Source of the DNA: Puniceicoccales bacterium
Lineage (GTDB): Bacteria > Verrucomicrobiota > Verrucomicrobiia > Opitutales > LL51
NCBI GenBank assembly: GCA_031270475.1
Contig: JAISXO010000034.1
Location: 29,491 to 93,490 of the forward strand
DNA length: 64,000 nt
Direction: 5' to 3'
Every line of letters begins with the position of its first letter. Positions within the stretch are counted from its first letter, which is position 1. The translations under genes were made by a program, and so were the position numbers. The notes beneath the pieces were generated by a model. It did no database searches. It saw only the letters and a list, made by a program, of their open reading frames with translations, and had not been told where the DNA came from. Shown one piece after another: positions 1 through 9,057 of the stretch.

Positions 1-1
1 A

Positions 2-700
2 AAAATTTTACATCTTGGCGAGCGGGATTGTTCGATCCAACGGCGCTACCAAAAAATTATCGAAGAGGCTCCCTCGGGATTTCTCGACGCAAGCCTGCGA
101 ACCAAAATGGGAGAAGCTGCCGTACGTCTCGCGAAACAATGCGCCTACGAAAATGCAGGAACAATTGAGTTCTTAGTCGATCGACAGGGCAATTTCTACT
201 TCATGGAAATGAATACGCGTATCCAAGTGGAACACGGCGTTACCGAAGAAGCGACCGGAATCGATTTGATCGATTTACAATTGCGCATCGCTGCCGGCGA
301 AAAAATTCCCTTTGATCAGAAAAATGTAAAATTCGTAAGGCATGCCATCGAATGTCGCATCAATGCCGAAGATCCAGAACATAACTTTACTCCTTCCCCA
401 GGAGAAATTACTCTCTATTGCGCACCGGGAGGTAATGGCATTCGCGTGGATAGTCACGTTTACGGCGGCTATCGAATCCCGCAGTATTACGATAGTATGA
501 TCGGAAAATTAATTACTACCGGGGGATCGCGGGAAATTGCAATCAATCGAATGAGTCGGGCCCTCGGAGAATATATTATTCGGGGCGTTTCAACTACTAT
601 ACCGTTCGCCAAAGCAATTATGTCCGATGTCAACTTTCGCGCCGGTAACGTGACAACAAAATTTATTGAAGAATTTATGAAACGTAGTAACCATGGGTAA
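2..700 (+). CDS. accC: acetyl-CoA carboxylase, biotin carboxylase subunit (C-terminal part; 5' end outside window)
   Basis: The frame of ORF 107..700 stays open back to base 2 and reads [25 protein letters not shown], then ...[16 protein letters not shown]. This is the classic biotin carboxylase ATP-grasp region. Confidence 0.9.
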   Translation, partial: KILHLGERDCSIQRRYQKIIEEAPSGFLDASLRTKMGEAAVRLAKQCAYENAGTIEFLVDRQGNFYFMEMNTRIQVEHGVTEEATGIDLIDLQLRIAAGEKIPFDQKNVKFVRHAIECRINAEDPEHNFTPSPGEITLYCAPGGNGIRVDSHVYGGYRIPQYYDSMIGKLITTGGSREIAINRMSRALGEYIIRGVSTTIPFAKAIMSDVNFRAGNVTTKFIEEFMKRSNHG

Positions 701-725
701 GGATTTCTTTGGGTTGCGTTTTTTT

Positions 726-839
726 GGGGCAAAAGCTGTGCGGTTCACCGCACAAGGCCTGGAGCGAAGCTCCAGGCCTTTCAAGGAGCCGTAGGCTCCT
801 TGAGCTTTTGCCCCAAGCGCGCTCCTTCGGGGCGCGCTT
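726..839 (+). repeat. GC-rich nested-hairpin 'cloverleaf' element, copy C1
   Basis: Outer stem GGGGCAAAAGC (726-736) pairs with GCTTTTGCCCC (804-814). It encloses three hairpins: TGTGCGG-ttca-CCGCACA, AAGGCCTGGAGC-gaa-GCTCCAGGCCTT and CAAGGAGCC-gta-GGCTCCTTG. A trailing hairpin AAGCGCGC...GCGCGCTT spans 815-839. The element lies directly downstream of the accC stop. Confidence 0.85.
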
Positions 840-884
840 CCGATTTAACATTGCAAAGTGCTCTGATCTCCCAATGATTAGTCT

Positions 885-2687
885 ATGAATTCACTGGAGA
901 GGATCCGCAATTTTTGCATCATCGCCCATATTGACCACGGCAAAACGACCTTATCCGATCGTTTACTAGAATATACCAATACGGTTCAGAAGCGGAAGAT
1001 GCAGGATCAGCTATTGGATTCGATGGATTTGGAGCGGGAGCGAGGGATTACGATCAAGTGTCATCCGGTTTCGATGAAATTGAAACGCCCCAATGGGGAA
1101 GAATTTTTACTCAATTTGATTGATACGCCGGGCCACGTTGATTTTTCCTACGAGGTTTCGCGGAGCATAGCCGCCTGCGAAGGCGCTTTATTATTGATCG
1201 ACGCCTCTCAGGGGGTTGAGGCGCAAACGGTAGCCAACGCGAATTTAGCCATCGGTCAAAGAATGGTCATTATTCCGGTACTCAACAAAATCGATTTACA
1301 GAGTGCTCAACCGGACGTGGTACTGACGCAGTTGGAGGACATTTTAGCCATACCGCGGGAGGAGGCGATTCGAGCGAGTGCGAAATCGGGTATAGGCACT
1401 GAAGAAATTTTAGAAGCGGTAGTGGAGCGCATTCCGGAGCCGCGTTGGGCGGATTATTCCCAGACTCGCTGTCTCGTTTTCGATTCCGTTTTCGATGCTT
1501 ACCAGGGGGTAATTTGTTATATCCGCGTATTTTCTGGTACGGTTAAGACTGGCGATGATCTACTCCTCATGGGGACGGGGCAGCGAATGCAGATTAAGGA
1601 TGTGGGTATTTTTTCGCCGCAGATGGTTTCGATGGGGGTACTTGGAGCGGGACAGGTTGGGTTTATCGTTACGAATATCAAAAATGTGGCGGAGATCAAA
1701 ATCGGCGATACGATTACCCACTTTGCCGATCCGGCGAAGGAGATGCTACCGGGGTACAAAGAAGTGCGTCCCATGGTTTTCAGTGGCATTTACCCCATCG
1801 ATACGCCGGATTACGAAAAATTAAAGGCGGCACTGGCACGTTTACAGCTGAATGATTCGGCCCTTGTGTACCAATCGGAGAACTCGACGGCATTAGGCTT
1901 TGGTTTTCGCTGTGGATTTTTGGGGTTACTGCACATGGAAATTGTACAGGAGCGCATTCGCCGGGAGTACGATTTGGATGTCATTTCGACCTATCCGAGT
2001 GTGGTATACAAGGTGATGAAGACCGATGGCGTCGAAATACTCATCGATAACCCGCTCCATTTGCCGGAGCCGTCGTCCATCGATTACATTCAGGAGCCGA
2101 TGATCCGCGCAATGATTCATATTCCCAACGACTCCATTGGCGACATGTTGATGCTCATTTCCGAGAAGCGGGGGACATGTTTGCGGACGGATACGGTAGA
2201 TCAGAGTCGGGTTATGCTTTGCTGCGAATTGCCATTGAATGAAGTTTTAGTGGATTTCAACGATCGCCTGAAGAGTATTACGAAGGGGTACGGCTCGATG
2301 GACTACGAAGTGGACGAATATAGGACAGCGAATTTGGTGCGAATGGATTTGTTGGTAAACGGAGAGGCGATCGATGCCTTTTCATCGATTGTCCACCGGG
2401 ACAAAGCGGTTGCGAAAGGGCGGGAATTATGTCAAAAATTGAAAGAAATTTTACCTCGCCAGCTCTTTGCCATAGCGATTCAAGCGGCGATTGGGAGTAC
2501 GATTATTGCTCGGGAGACGTTGAGTGCGTTGCGGAAGGATGTGACGGCGAAGTGTTACGGCGGGGATATTACGCGAAAGCGCAAACTCCTCGAGAAGCAG
2601 AAGGAGGGGAAGAAAAAGATGAAGCAGATCGGTAAAATTGCCATCCCACAGGACGCCTTTATTAAAATTTTAAAATCATCGACCTAG
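885..2687 (+). CDS. lepA: elongation factor 4 (LepA)
   Basis: 600 aa. N-terminal GTPase motif IIAHIDHGKTTLSDRLL plus DTPGHVDF and NKIDL. Length and C-terminal region are typical of LepA. Confidence 0.95.
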   Translation: MNSLERIRNFCIIAHIDHGKTTLSDRLLEYTNTVQKRKMQDQLLDSMDLERERGITIKCHPVSMKLKRPNGEEFLLNLIDTPGHVDFSYEVSRSIAACEGALLLIDASQGVEAQTVANANLAIGQRMVIIPVLNKIDLQSAQPDVVLTQLEDILAIPREEAIRASAKSGIGTEEILEAVVERIPEPRWADYSQTRCLVFDSVFDAYQGVICYIRVFSGTVKTGDDLLLMGTGQRMQIKDVGIFSPQMVSMGVLGAGQVGFIVTNIKNVAEIKIGDTITHFADPAKEMLPGYKEVRPMVFSGIYPIDTPDYEKLKAALARLQLNDSALVYQSENSTALGFGFRCGFLGLLHMEIVQERIRREYDLDVISTYPSVVYKVMKTDGVEILIDNPLHLPEPSSIDYIQEPMIRAMIHIPNDSIGDMLMLISEKRGTCLRTDTVDQSRVMLCCELPLNEVLVDFNDRLKSITKGYGSMDYEVDEYRTANLVRMDLLVNGEAIDAFSSIVHRDKAVAKGRELCQKLKEILPRQLFAIAIQAAIGSTIIARETLSALRKDVTAKCYGGDITRKRKLLEKQKEGKKKMKQIGKIAIPQDAFIKILKSST

Positions 2688-2695
2688 GCTCAAAA

Positions 2696-2725
2696 GGCCA
2701 GAAATAAGTTTTCTAGCCTTTTTTT
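2696..2725. terminator. hairpin plus T-run between convergent lepA and the hydrolase gene
   Basis: GGCCAGAAA-taagt-TTTCTAGCC (one mismatch), preceded by AAAA and followed by TTTTTTT. It could terminate both strands. Confidence 0.55.
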
Positions 2726-2741
2726 ATCGTTATTTTTGGTG

Positions 2742-4385
2742 TTATTCTCCTAGGATTTCTTTCCCGCAGTCGGTGTCTTTGAATTTTACTTTTCTTTTTT
2801 CGCCATTTTCGAATTGTAAGAAAATTAACTCCGGCGAATATTCTTTTACTTTTTTATCCTGATTAAAAATCTTTAAATTCTGGGTTCCTTCGTTGGGTTT
2901 ACCTTTTCCGATGGACAGCATATCGCTGAGCATACTTTCAAAGGCTTGCGATTGTTCAGGGGGAATATTTTCATTCGTTTTTATATTTTGTATGCGATGG
3001 GGACTATGGGCTGCTCCCGCGTAGGCGAAGGTCCGCCAATTGTCAAATCCGATCTCCTTCAACAGCCAAGCGACGGTTCCATTTTGGGTTGTTGGAGGCG
3101 TGTTATAGTCTTTTAGGCCGACGAATAAAAACACAGGAATTTTGAGTTGATCGAAGATTTTTTTCAATTTCTTTCGGCTCATCCCACTCGTAATGGAAAG
3201 AGGATGGGCGTATTTATAAACGTATTTTGCTTCTTTGCCTTGGAATTCTTTAATGGGCATGGAGCAATCAATATTTTTGGGCACATCGTTCGGCGCAGCG
3301 TGTTGAAAGGCGAAGTGATTAAATGAATCAAAATACATGGGGAGTTGACCGATTGAAGAACTTCCCCAGGATTCGTTGATATAGGGCGATGCTAATCCTA
3401 CGCCGAGTTTGAAATTTTCGTTAAGGAAAGCGTATTCATTGGCGATCATTTGGGTCATGATATGGCCGCCGTTGCTATGGCCGATGAGAGCCATTCTCGT
3501 TCCATCGATATAATCCAATTTTTTAATTTCCTCGATTTGGTCTTTAATTTGTTCCCTAATATTTCCGTTGCCATTTTTCCCGCGTATGGTGATAGTAGCG
3601 AAAGCGATATCGTTTTGCACGAGGTAGCGGGCTAGCGGTTGGAGGCCGTATGTAAAATTATATGGTGTCCCCAAGAAATCATCGAAGGAAATGTCGAGTT
3701 GATTGGGATCGGAGTAACGGCAATTATCTTTAATTCCGACGCTGCCTCCATGTAACCAAAAAATGCAGGGATAGGGAGGTGTTGCGCGATCGGATTTCGG
3801 AGCATACACATAGCACGTAATATTTTCATCATCCGTTGCCACTGTTACTTCTTCGAGTTTTATGGAATCGATATTTTTCAAATTAAATTTACTATAAACT
3901 TCCTGAAAAGCTTTCCATGGGTCTGATGTATTTAAAAAATTGTTTAATTCCTTCGTAAGGGTTTCAATTTGATTTTGGAAGTTCTGGATCCTATCATATG
4001 TAGCGGTTATGCCTTTGGAGAGTATTTTCAATCGTTTTTGTTCTTTTTCTTTATCTTCCGGTGCAATGGATTCCGACTCCAGTTCTTGGATGAGGGTATT
4101 CTGTTGGGCTTGGCGGTCAGCATAATCTTTTTTCGCGCGTTTCAGTGCGATCCATGGACTACAATATCTTCCCAGATTTTCAGTGCGATTTTCAATCAAT
4201 TGGCTAAATTTGGTCGCTTGAGCCAATGTTTGACATGCTTTTACCGCATCAACTTCGCTATCATCGCTGCAAATTTCAGAAAGTGATTGTTTTGGGGGAG
4301 GATCGCCGTATAGCTTTAGTGCACTGAATTGCAAAGCATTCAATAATAATAAACTTGTAACACATGTTTTAAATTTAATATTCAT
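2742..4385 (-). CDS. secreted coiled-coil / alpha-beta hydrolase (esterase-lipase like), paralog A
   Basis: 547 aa. Hydrophobic N-terminal signal-like MNIKFKTCVTSLLLLNALQFSALKLYG. WLHGG oxyanion-type motif and GHSNGG nucleophile elbow (GxSxG). C-terminal AHSPH. Confidence 0.7.
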   Translation of the reverse strand: MNIKFKTCVTSLLLLNALQFSALKLYGDPPPKQSLSEICSDDSEVDAVKACQTLAQATKFSQLIENRTENLGRYCSPWIALKRAKKDYADRQAQQNTLIQELESESIAPEDKEKEQKRLKILSKGITATYDRIQNFQNQIETLTKELNNFLNTSDPWKAFQEVYSKFNLKNIDSIKLEEVTVATDDENITCYVYAPKSDRATPPYPCIFWLHGGSVGIKDNCRYSDPNQLDISFDDFLGTPYNFTYGLQPLARYLVQNDIAFATITIRGKNGNGNIREQIKDQIEEIKKLDYIDGTRMALIGHSNGGHIMTQMIANEYAFLNENFKLGVGLASPYINESWGSSSIGQLPMYFDSFNHFAFQHAAPNDVPKNIDCSMPIKEFQGKEAKYVYKYAHPLSITSGMSRKKLKKIFDQLKIPVFLFVGLKDYNTPPTTQNGTVAWLLKEIGFDNWRTFAYAGAAHSPHRIQNIKTNENIPPEQSQAFESMLSDMLSIGKGKPNEGTQNLKIFNQDKKVKEYSPELIFLQFENGEKRKVKFKDTDCGKEILGE

Positions 4386-4474
4386 AACGAATATTATGCT
4401 ATAAATTATTAATTATATGTCAATAACATAAGAAATATATTTTAATAATTGATACAAATTTCCGCTATGAAATT

Positions 4475-4509
4475 AAAAAAGCCGCAAAGACGATCCTTTC
4501 GGCTTTTTT
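4475..4509. terminator. A-run/hairpin/T-run downstream of hydrolase paralog B
   Basis: AAAAAAGCCGcAAAG-acgatc-CTTTCGGCTTTTTT. Bulged 8-bp stem with symmetric A/T flanks. Confidence 0.5.
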
Positions 4510-4551
4510 CCATGAATCACATTATTTTTCACTGATGAGATGCATCTTTTC

Positions 4552-6405
4552 CTACATGATTGCTAAGATTTCTTGGCCACATTCCGTTTCTCCGAAGGGT
4601 ATAAGTTCTACATCATTGTTTGCATTTAACTTCATAAAAAAAGAACGTTCAGCGAAAAATTTCATGGGCTTTTGTTGTTGAAAAGAATCGTACGCCGTCG
4701 TTGCTCCATTTGATATTTCGCTTAGATCTTGAGTTCCGTTGGTGGGTTGTATACCCTGTGCAATTTGTAAAACATTGGGAAGCATTTGTCGAAACCCTTC
4801 CTCCGATGGGGGATTATTGAGATCAATCTTAAGTCGGTGAGGGCTATGTAATGCATTTTTGTAGGCTAATATTTTCCAATTGGTCAGTTCCATGTTGTGT
4901 AATCTCCAAGCTAATGTTGCGCCCTGTGTTGCGGGAAGGGTATTGCTATCGGCTGTTCCCATGAGAATAAATAACGGAGGGAGTGATGCTAGCTTGGGTT
5001 GTAGTTCGGCATCACTCATTCCGCAGGTTGGTGAAAATGGATAGGTACATTGAAGGATGTATTGCGCATGTTCAGCATTTTTTAATAGGTCATTTATTTT
5101 ATAGTTGCCTATTGATTGATTTTCAATCGAAATGGAACGATCATCGGGGGTTGCAAATTGAAAAGCGCAATCTCCAGATCGATTGTTGCCATATCCATCA
5201 AAATAAATAGCTCCTGACCATGCCTCATTCAATACGGGAGATACAAACGCTATCCCTGATTTGAAATTATCAATTAGGAATTGAGGGTCATTGGCGATCA
5301 ATAAAGACAAAATATATCCTCCAATGCTATGTCCCCAAAAGGTAATTTTATCGGTATCGATGTAAGCCAGTGTTTTAATCTTTTCTACTTGGTCTTTAAC
5401 CTGTTGTCGGAGATTACCTTTGCCGTTTTCAGAATCAAATTCAATGGTTGCACAGACTATACCGTTGGAGGCAAGAAATCGCGCTAATGGTTGGATGCCT
5501 ACGGAAACGTTGTTCGTGCGCCAATCTTGGTGAGAAGGAGGTGCCACTTGCTCAGACGCTTGTGTGTTTGGAAAAATTTGGGGGAGAGGCGGTGTCACTT
5601 GTTCTGGCGATTCGATATGTAAAGTCCCCTTCTCTTTTAACGCGCTTGCGATACTGCCTCCATGTAACCAAATGACACAAGGTAATTTTTCCCCTGAAGT
5701 TTTTTGGGTCGGAGAATAGACAACCATCGGAAGCTGCTTGTCATCCGTTTCCGTTATCAGCGTTTCGAATGTTATCACTGGGTCATGGCACTTGAGCGAA
5801 AGTGGTTCATATAGCAGAGGAGCTGCTATTTCCTGAATTAGTTTTAATTCGTTCCGTATTTTCCCTTCCCAATTATAAAATCTCCCCATTAGCGAAATCG
5901 ATTCTTGCGATTCTTGATGAGCTATAATGCGTTCAAGTTTTTCTTTTTCGGCCTCTGGAAGATTATTATTCCATGTTCCTATAATTGAATCGAGTTCTGT
6001 CTTGATTGAAGTTAAAGATGGGGCAACTAAGTTACAGAATTCATCTACGATCCCTTGAAAATTTTCAATTGCAGAACTCAATTGAACGGCTTGGTTCACA
6101 TTTTGACAATTTTTGCAGTTATTTAGATTATTGGCAGTTTTTTGCGAATATATTTGGGCGGAGCGTTTGATGTCCGTTTGGGAGGTATTTGCCTGTTCTC
6201 CTTGGATTTTCTGTTCTACTTGGCGCACTTTGTTCCGGAATGCTACGGTTTCCGGAGACAGATTTTCCATCATCAAAGCGGGATCTTGTTTAGCTTCAGA
6301 AGATGATTGTTCTGGAGGAGGATCGCCGTACAGCTTTAGTGCACTGAATTGCAAAGCATTCAATAATAATAAACTTGTAACACATGTTTTAAATTTAGTA
6401 TTCAT
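4552..6405 (-). CDS. secreted coiled-coil / alpha-beta hydrolase, paralog B
   Basis: 617 aa. The first ~30 residues are almost identical to paralog A. WLHGG and GHSIGG motifs, and a C-terminal ...ECGQEIL motif shared with paralog A (DCGKEIL). Confidence 0.7.
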   Translation of the reverse strand: MNTKFKTCVTSLLLLNALQFSALKLYGDPPPEQSSSEAKQDPALMMENLSPETVAFRNKVRQVEQKIQGEQANTSQTDIKRSAQIYSQKTANNLNNCKNCQNVNQAVQLSSAIENFQGIVDEFCNLVAPSLTSIKTELDSIIGTWNNNLPEAEKEKLERIIAHQESQESISLMGRFYNWEGKIRNELKLIQEIAAPLLYEPLSLKCHDPVITFETLITETDDKQLPMVVYSPTQKTSGEKLPCVIWLHGGSIASALKEKGTLHIESPEQVTPPLPQIFPNTQASEQVAPPSHQDWRTNNVSVGIQPLARFLASNGIVCATIEFDSENGKGNLRQQVKDQVEKIKTLAYIDTDKITFWGHSIGGYILSLLIANDPQFLIDNFKSGIAFVSPVLNEAWSGAIYFDGYGNNRSGDCAFQFATPDDRSISIENQSIGNYKINDLLKNAEHAQYILQCTYPFSPTCGMSDAELQPKLASLPPLFILMGTADSNTLPATQGATLAWRLHNMELTNWKILAYKNALHSPHRLKIDLNNPPSEEGFRQMLPNVLQIAQGIQPTNGTQDLSEISNGATTAYDSFQQQKPMKFFAERSFFMKLNANNDVELIPFGETECGQEILAIM

Positions 6406-6618
6406 AACGAATATTATGCTATAAATTATTAATTATATGTCAATAAAATAAAAAAATATATTCTCGCCGGTTGACATTAAACTTAAGATTTTTTCCCATT
6501 TCTTCCTATGACTACGATGCAATGGATATTTTTTGTGAATTACAATTATTGTTATGTCGGTAGGTATTTTTAAAATCAGATCTTGAGTTTTTCCCAGTTT
6601 CATGCATAGTGGATTGCA

Positions 6619-7404
6619 ATGAGAGTTCTCTTGACGAACGACGATGGCATCCATTCCGCCGCATTGCAGCGTTTGGTCCGCGCGTTGATAGAAAAAAAAT
6701 GGGAAGTCTATGTTTCCGCACCGGCAATGGAACAGAGCGGTGTTGGACGGGCGTGTGGTCTGACGCGTAGTATTTCCGTCGAGCCCTTCGAAGGGTTAGG
6801 ATGTATAGCCTGGGCGGTCAACGGTACGCCATTGGATTGCGTCAATTTAGCGATTTCGTATTGGTTAGAGGGGAAGCGGCCCGATCTCGTCATTTCCGGT
6901 ATCAATTGGGGCGTCAATACGTCTATTCCGATGATTTTTAGTTCCGGTACGGTGGGTGGAGCGATCGAGGGTGCTGCCTTTGGTATACCGTCCATTGCGG
7001 TTTCCCAGTGTTTGCCGGGGCAGGATAAGCAATATATTCAGAAAAAAATCGATTTTCTCGCCCACGAAGGCCTCATGAAGAGTATCGATGCGGCTGTCGA
7101 AAAAACGGTCCAATACGCGGAAACAATCGCTAAAACATCGGATAACGTGGTCCACAACATCAATTTCCCCTATCCGACAGCTGCGGAAACGGCGGAGGAA
7201 ATAACGGTATTGAGTAACATTATGCACGGGAAAGATGCGAATTATCCGGTATATTGCGCGCTCTACGAAAAACGAGGCGAAGAGTACTATTTTGCCATTG
7301 AGCAGGATTTATCAATTCCGCCGCCTCCTGGTTCCGATATTTACACACTTCTCCAGGGAAAAATTAGCCACAGCATCGTCGATTTGCGTCGCCTTTGTTC
7401 CTAG
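6619..7404 (+). CDS. surE: 5'/3'-nucleotidase SurE
   Basis: 261 aa. The N-terminus MRVLLTNDDGIHS is the SurE signature. GINWGVN motif present. Confidence 0.9.
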   Translation: MRVLLTNDDGIHSAALQRLVRALIEKKWEVYVSAPAMEQSGVGRACGLTRSISVEPFEGLGCIAWAVNGTPLDCVNLAISYWLEGKRPDLVISGINWGVNTSIPMIFSSGTVGGAIEGAAFGIPSIAVSQCLPGQDKQYIQKKIDFLAHEGLMKSIDAAVEKTVQYAETIAKTSDNVVHNINFPYPTAAETAEEITVLSNIMHGKDANYPVYCALYEKRGEEYYFAIEQDLSIPPPPGSDIYTLLQGKISHSIVDLRRLCS

Positions 7405-7432
7405 TTGTTTTTTTGTGGAGTTAAAAAAGCGC

Positions 7433-7492
7433 TTGACAAGTTTTGGAAGGGCGTTGATGCTAGGCAGTAGAGGGTGGGAGCAAGCGGCACGT
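7433..7492 (+). promoter_or_regulatory. promoter-like module with conserved downstream motif, copy M1
   Basis: aaaaaagcgcTTGACA (7433-7438), 17 nt, GATGCT, 5 nt, GTAGAGGGTGGGAGCAAGCGGCACGT (7467-7492). Lies 150 nt upstream of the MFS gene. Confidence 0.55.
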
Positions 7493-7642
7493 CTAAGGTC
7501 GGGGACATGAGAAATAGGGAAAAGAAACTTTACGCATTTATCTTTCTGTGTTTATCGGTTTAGAAAAAAATCAAAAAAAAGTATAATATAGCATTGGCTT
7601 TATAAACTTCTAATTAAAAAAACGTTAACATGTTTAACAGTC

Positions 7643-8835
7643 ATGGGGATGGTGGCTTCTCTTTTCTATGCCTATCAGCATATTCTGCGCGTCATGCCGA
7701 GTATTATGCTTGCTGACATCATGTTACGGTTTCGCATAGATGATAGTAGTACGGTGGGGCAATTTTCAGGTGTTTACCATATTGGCTACTCTTTGTTTCA
7801 TCTTCCCATTGGTATTTTACTCGATCGATGTGGGCCTCAAAAAGTAATTCCTGGGTGCATATTGCTTTCAATTGCGGGCATTTTACGATTATTTGTATGG
7901 AGCATTGGATATGGTCTATTTTAGGGCAATTTGCTACGGGTATTGGATCATCGGCCGCCATTCTCGGTGTATTCAAAATTATCCGGAAGGCTTACAGTGA
8001 GGAGCGTTTTGGAAGAATGCTTAATTTTTCGGTCATGATCGGGTTACTTGGCGCAATTTATGGCGGGATGCCCATTCGCTATTTGTGTAAAGTTTTAGAT
8101 TGCCAAATGGTGATTGCGATCCTCGCTTTATTGGGAATATTACTGGCGTTTGTAACGTATCGGATTGTTCCTCCCATGGGCGATGCGGGTGATAAAGGGA
8201 AGCAATCGTCTCCGTTTGTCGGGATTGGATCCGTTTTAAAGAACGCAAAGGTTATGATTATTTGTTTAACGGCGGGGCTCATGGTTGGGCCACTGGAGGG
8301 ATTTGCCGACATTTGGGGACCTAAATTTTTGAATCAAGTTTTTCACATTGAGGCATCGAAGGCCAGTTTCATCCCATCGATGGTTTTCATTGGCATATGT
8401 TTTGGTGTTCCCGTTCTCAATTTCATTGCGGAAAAATCGAAAAGCTATTTAGGAACCATTATATTTTCGGGCCTACTGATGTTTATTATCTTTACGCTAC
8501 TGAGAATAGGACTCCATCCCGATACTACGGTGCTCGCAATCGAATTATTTTTAGTCGGCATATGTTCAGCGTATCAGATATTAGCCATTTACAAAGCATC
8601 GACCTATGTGCCTGAAAATGTGGCGGGCATTACGACGGCCATGGCCAATATGATCATTGTGATTTTTGGCTACGTGTTACACAGCATGATTGGAAGTGCA
8701 ATCGAACTTTTTGGCGGGATAGAAGTGGAGTCGGCTTTTCGGAGGAGTATTGCGGTTATTTCGGGAGCCTTATTACTAGGAATCGTCGGGTTTGAGGTGG
8801 TAGCCCGTATGGCCCAAAAATATGTTAAAAAGTAG
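7643..8835 (+). pseudogene. MFS transporter interrupted by a frameshift near 7900-7921
   Basis: ORF 7643..7924 carries MFS motif A (GILLDRCGPQKV). It continues sensibly only in the frame of ORF 7828..8835 (...SILGQFATGIGSSAAILG...), a -1 shift. This is either a genuine pseudogene or a 1-nt sequence error. Confidence 0.55.
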
Positions 8836-9057
8836 CATTGCAGTTGCCTTAGAACGTCGCCACTGGGAATATTCTTATTCCATGGATAATCTTTGCGGAA
8901 AAAAATGTATTTACAGGTCGCCGATAATGATGAGTATGGATTCAGATTAGGGATAACAGAAAATATCCTTTACAAAATTAAAAAAGAAAAGCAATATGCC
9001 ACCCGTGTGGGAGGTGTTGGGTGTTGGGTGACGGATGGAGCCATCAAAAAATAAGAG

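Noticed and set aside
726-814. Considered whether the cloverleaf elements are tRNA or tRNA-like genes.
   Set aside because: The outer stem is 11-13 bp, hairpin loops are only 3-4 nt, and there are no D-loop or T-loop consensus sequences (no GTTCGAATC-type T loop), no 7-nt anticodon loop and no discriminator/CCA context. The genuine tRNA-Leu at 56097-56179 looks quite different.
7467-7492. Considered reading the conserved block, or its reverse complement TGCCGCTTGCT, as a sigma-54 promoter, since rpoN is present.
   Set aside because: The GG and GC elements are not separated by the ~10-nt spacing of TGGCAC-N5-TTGC. The block always follows a sigma70-like -35/-10 pair at fixed spacing.
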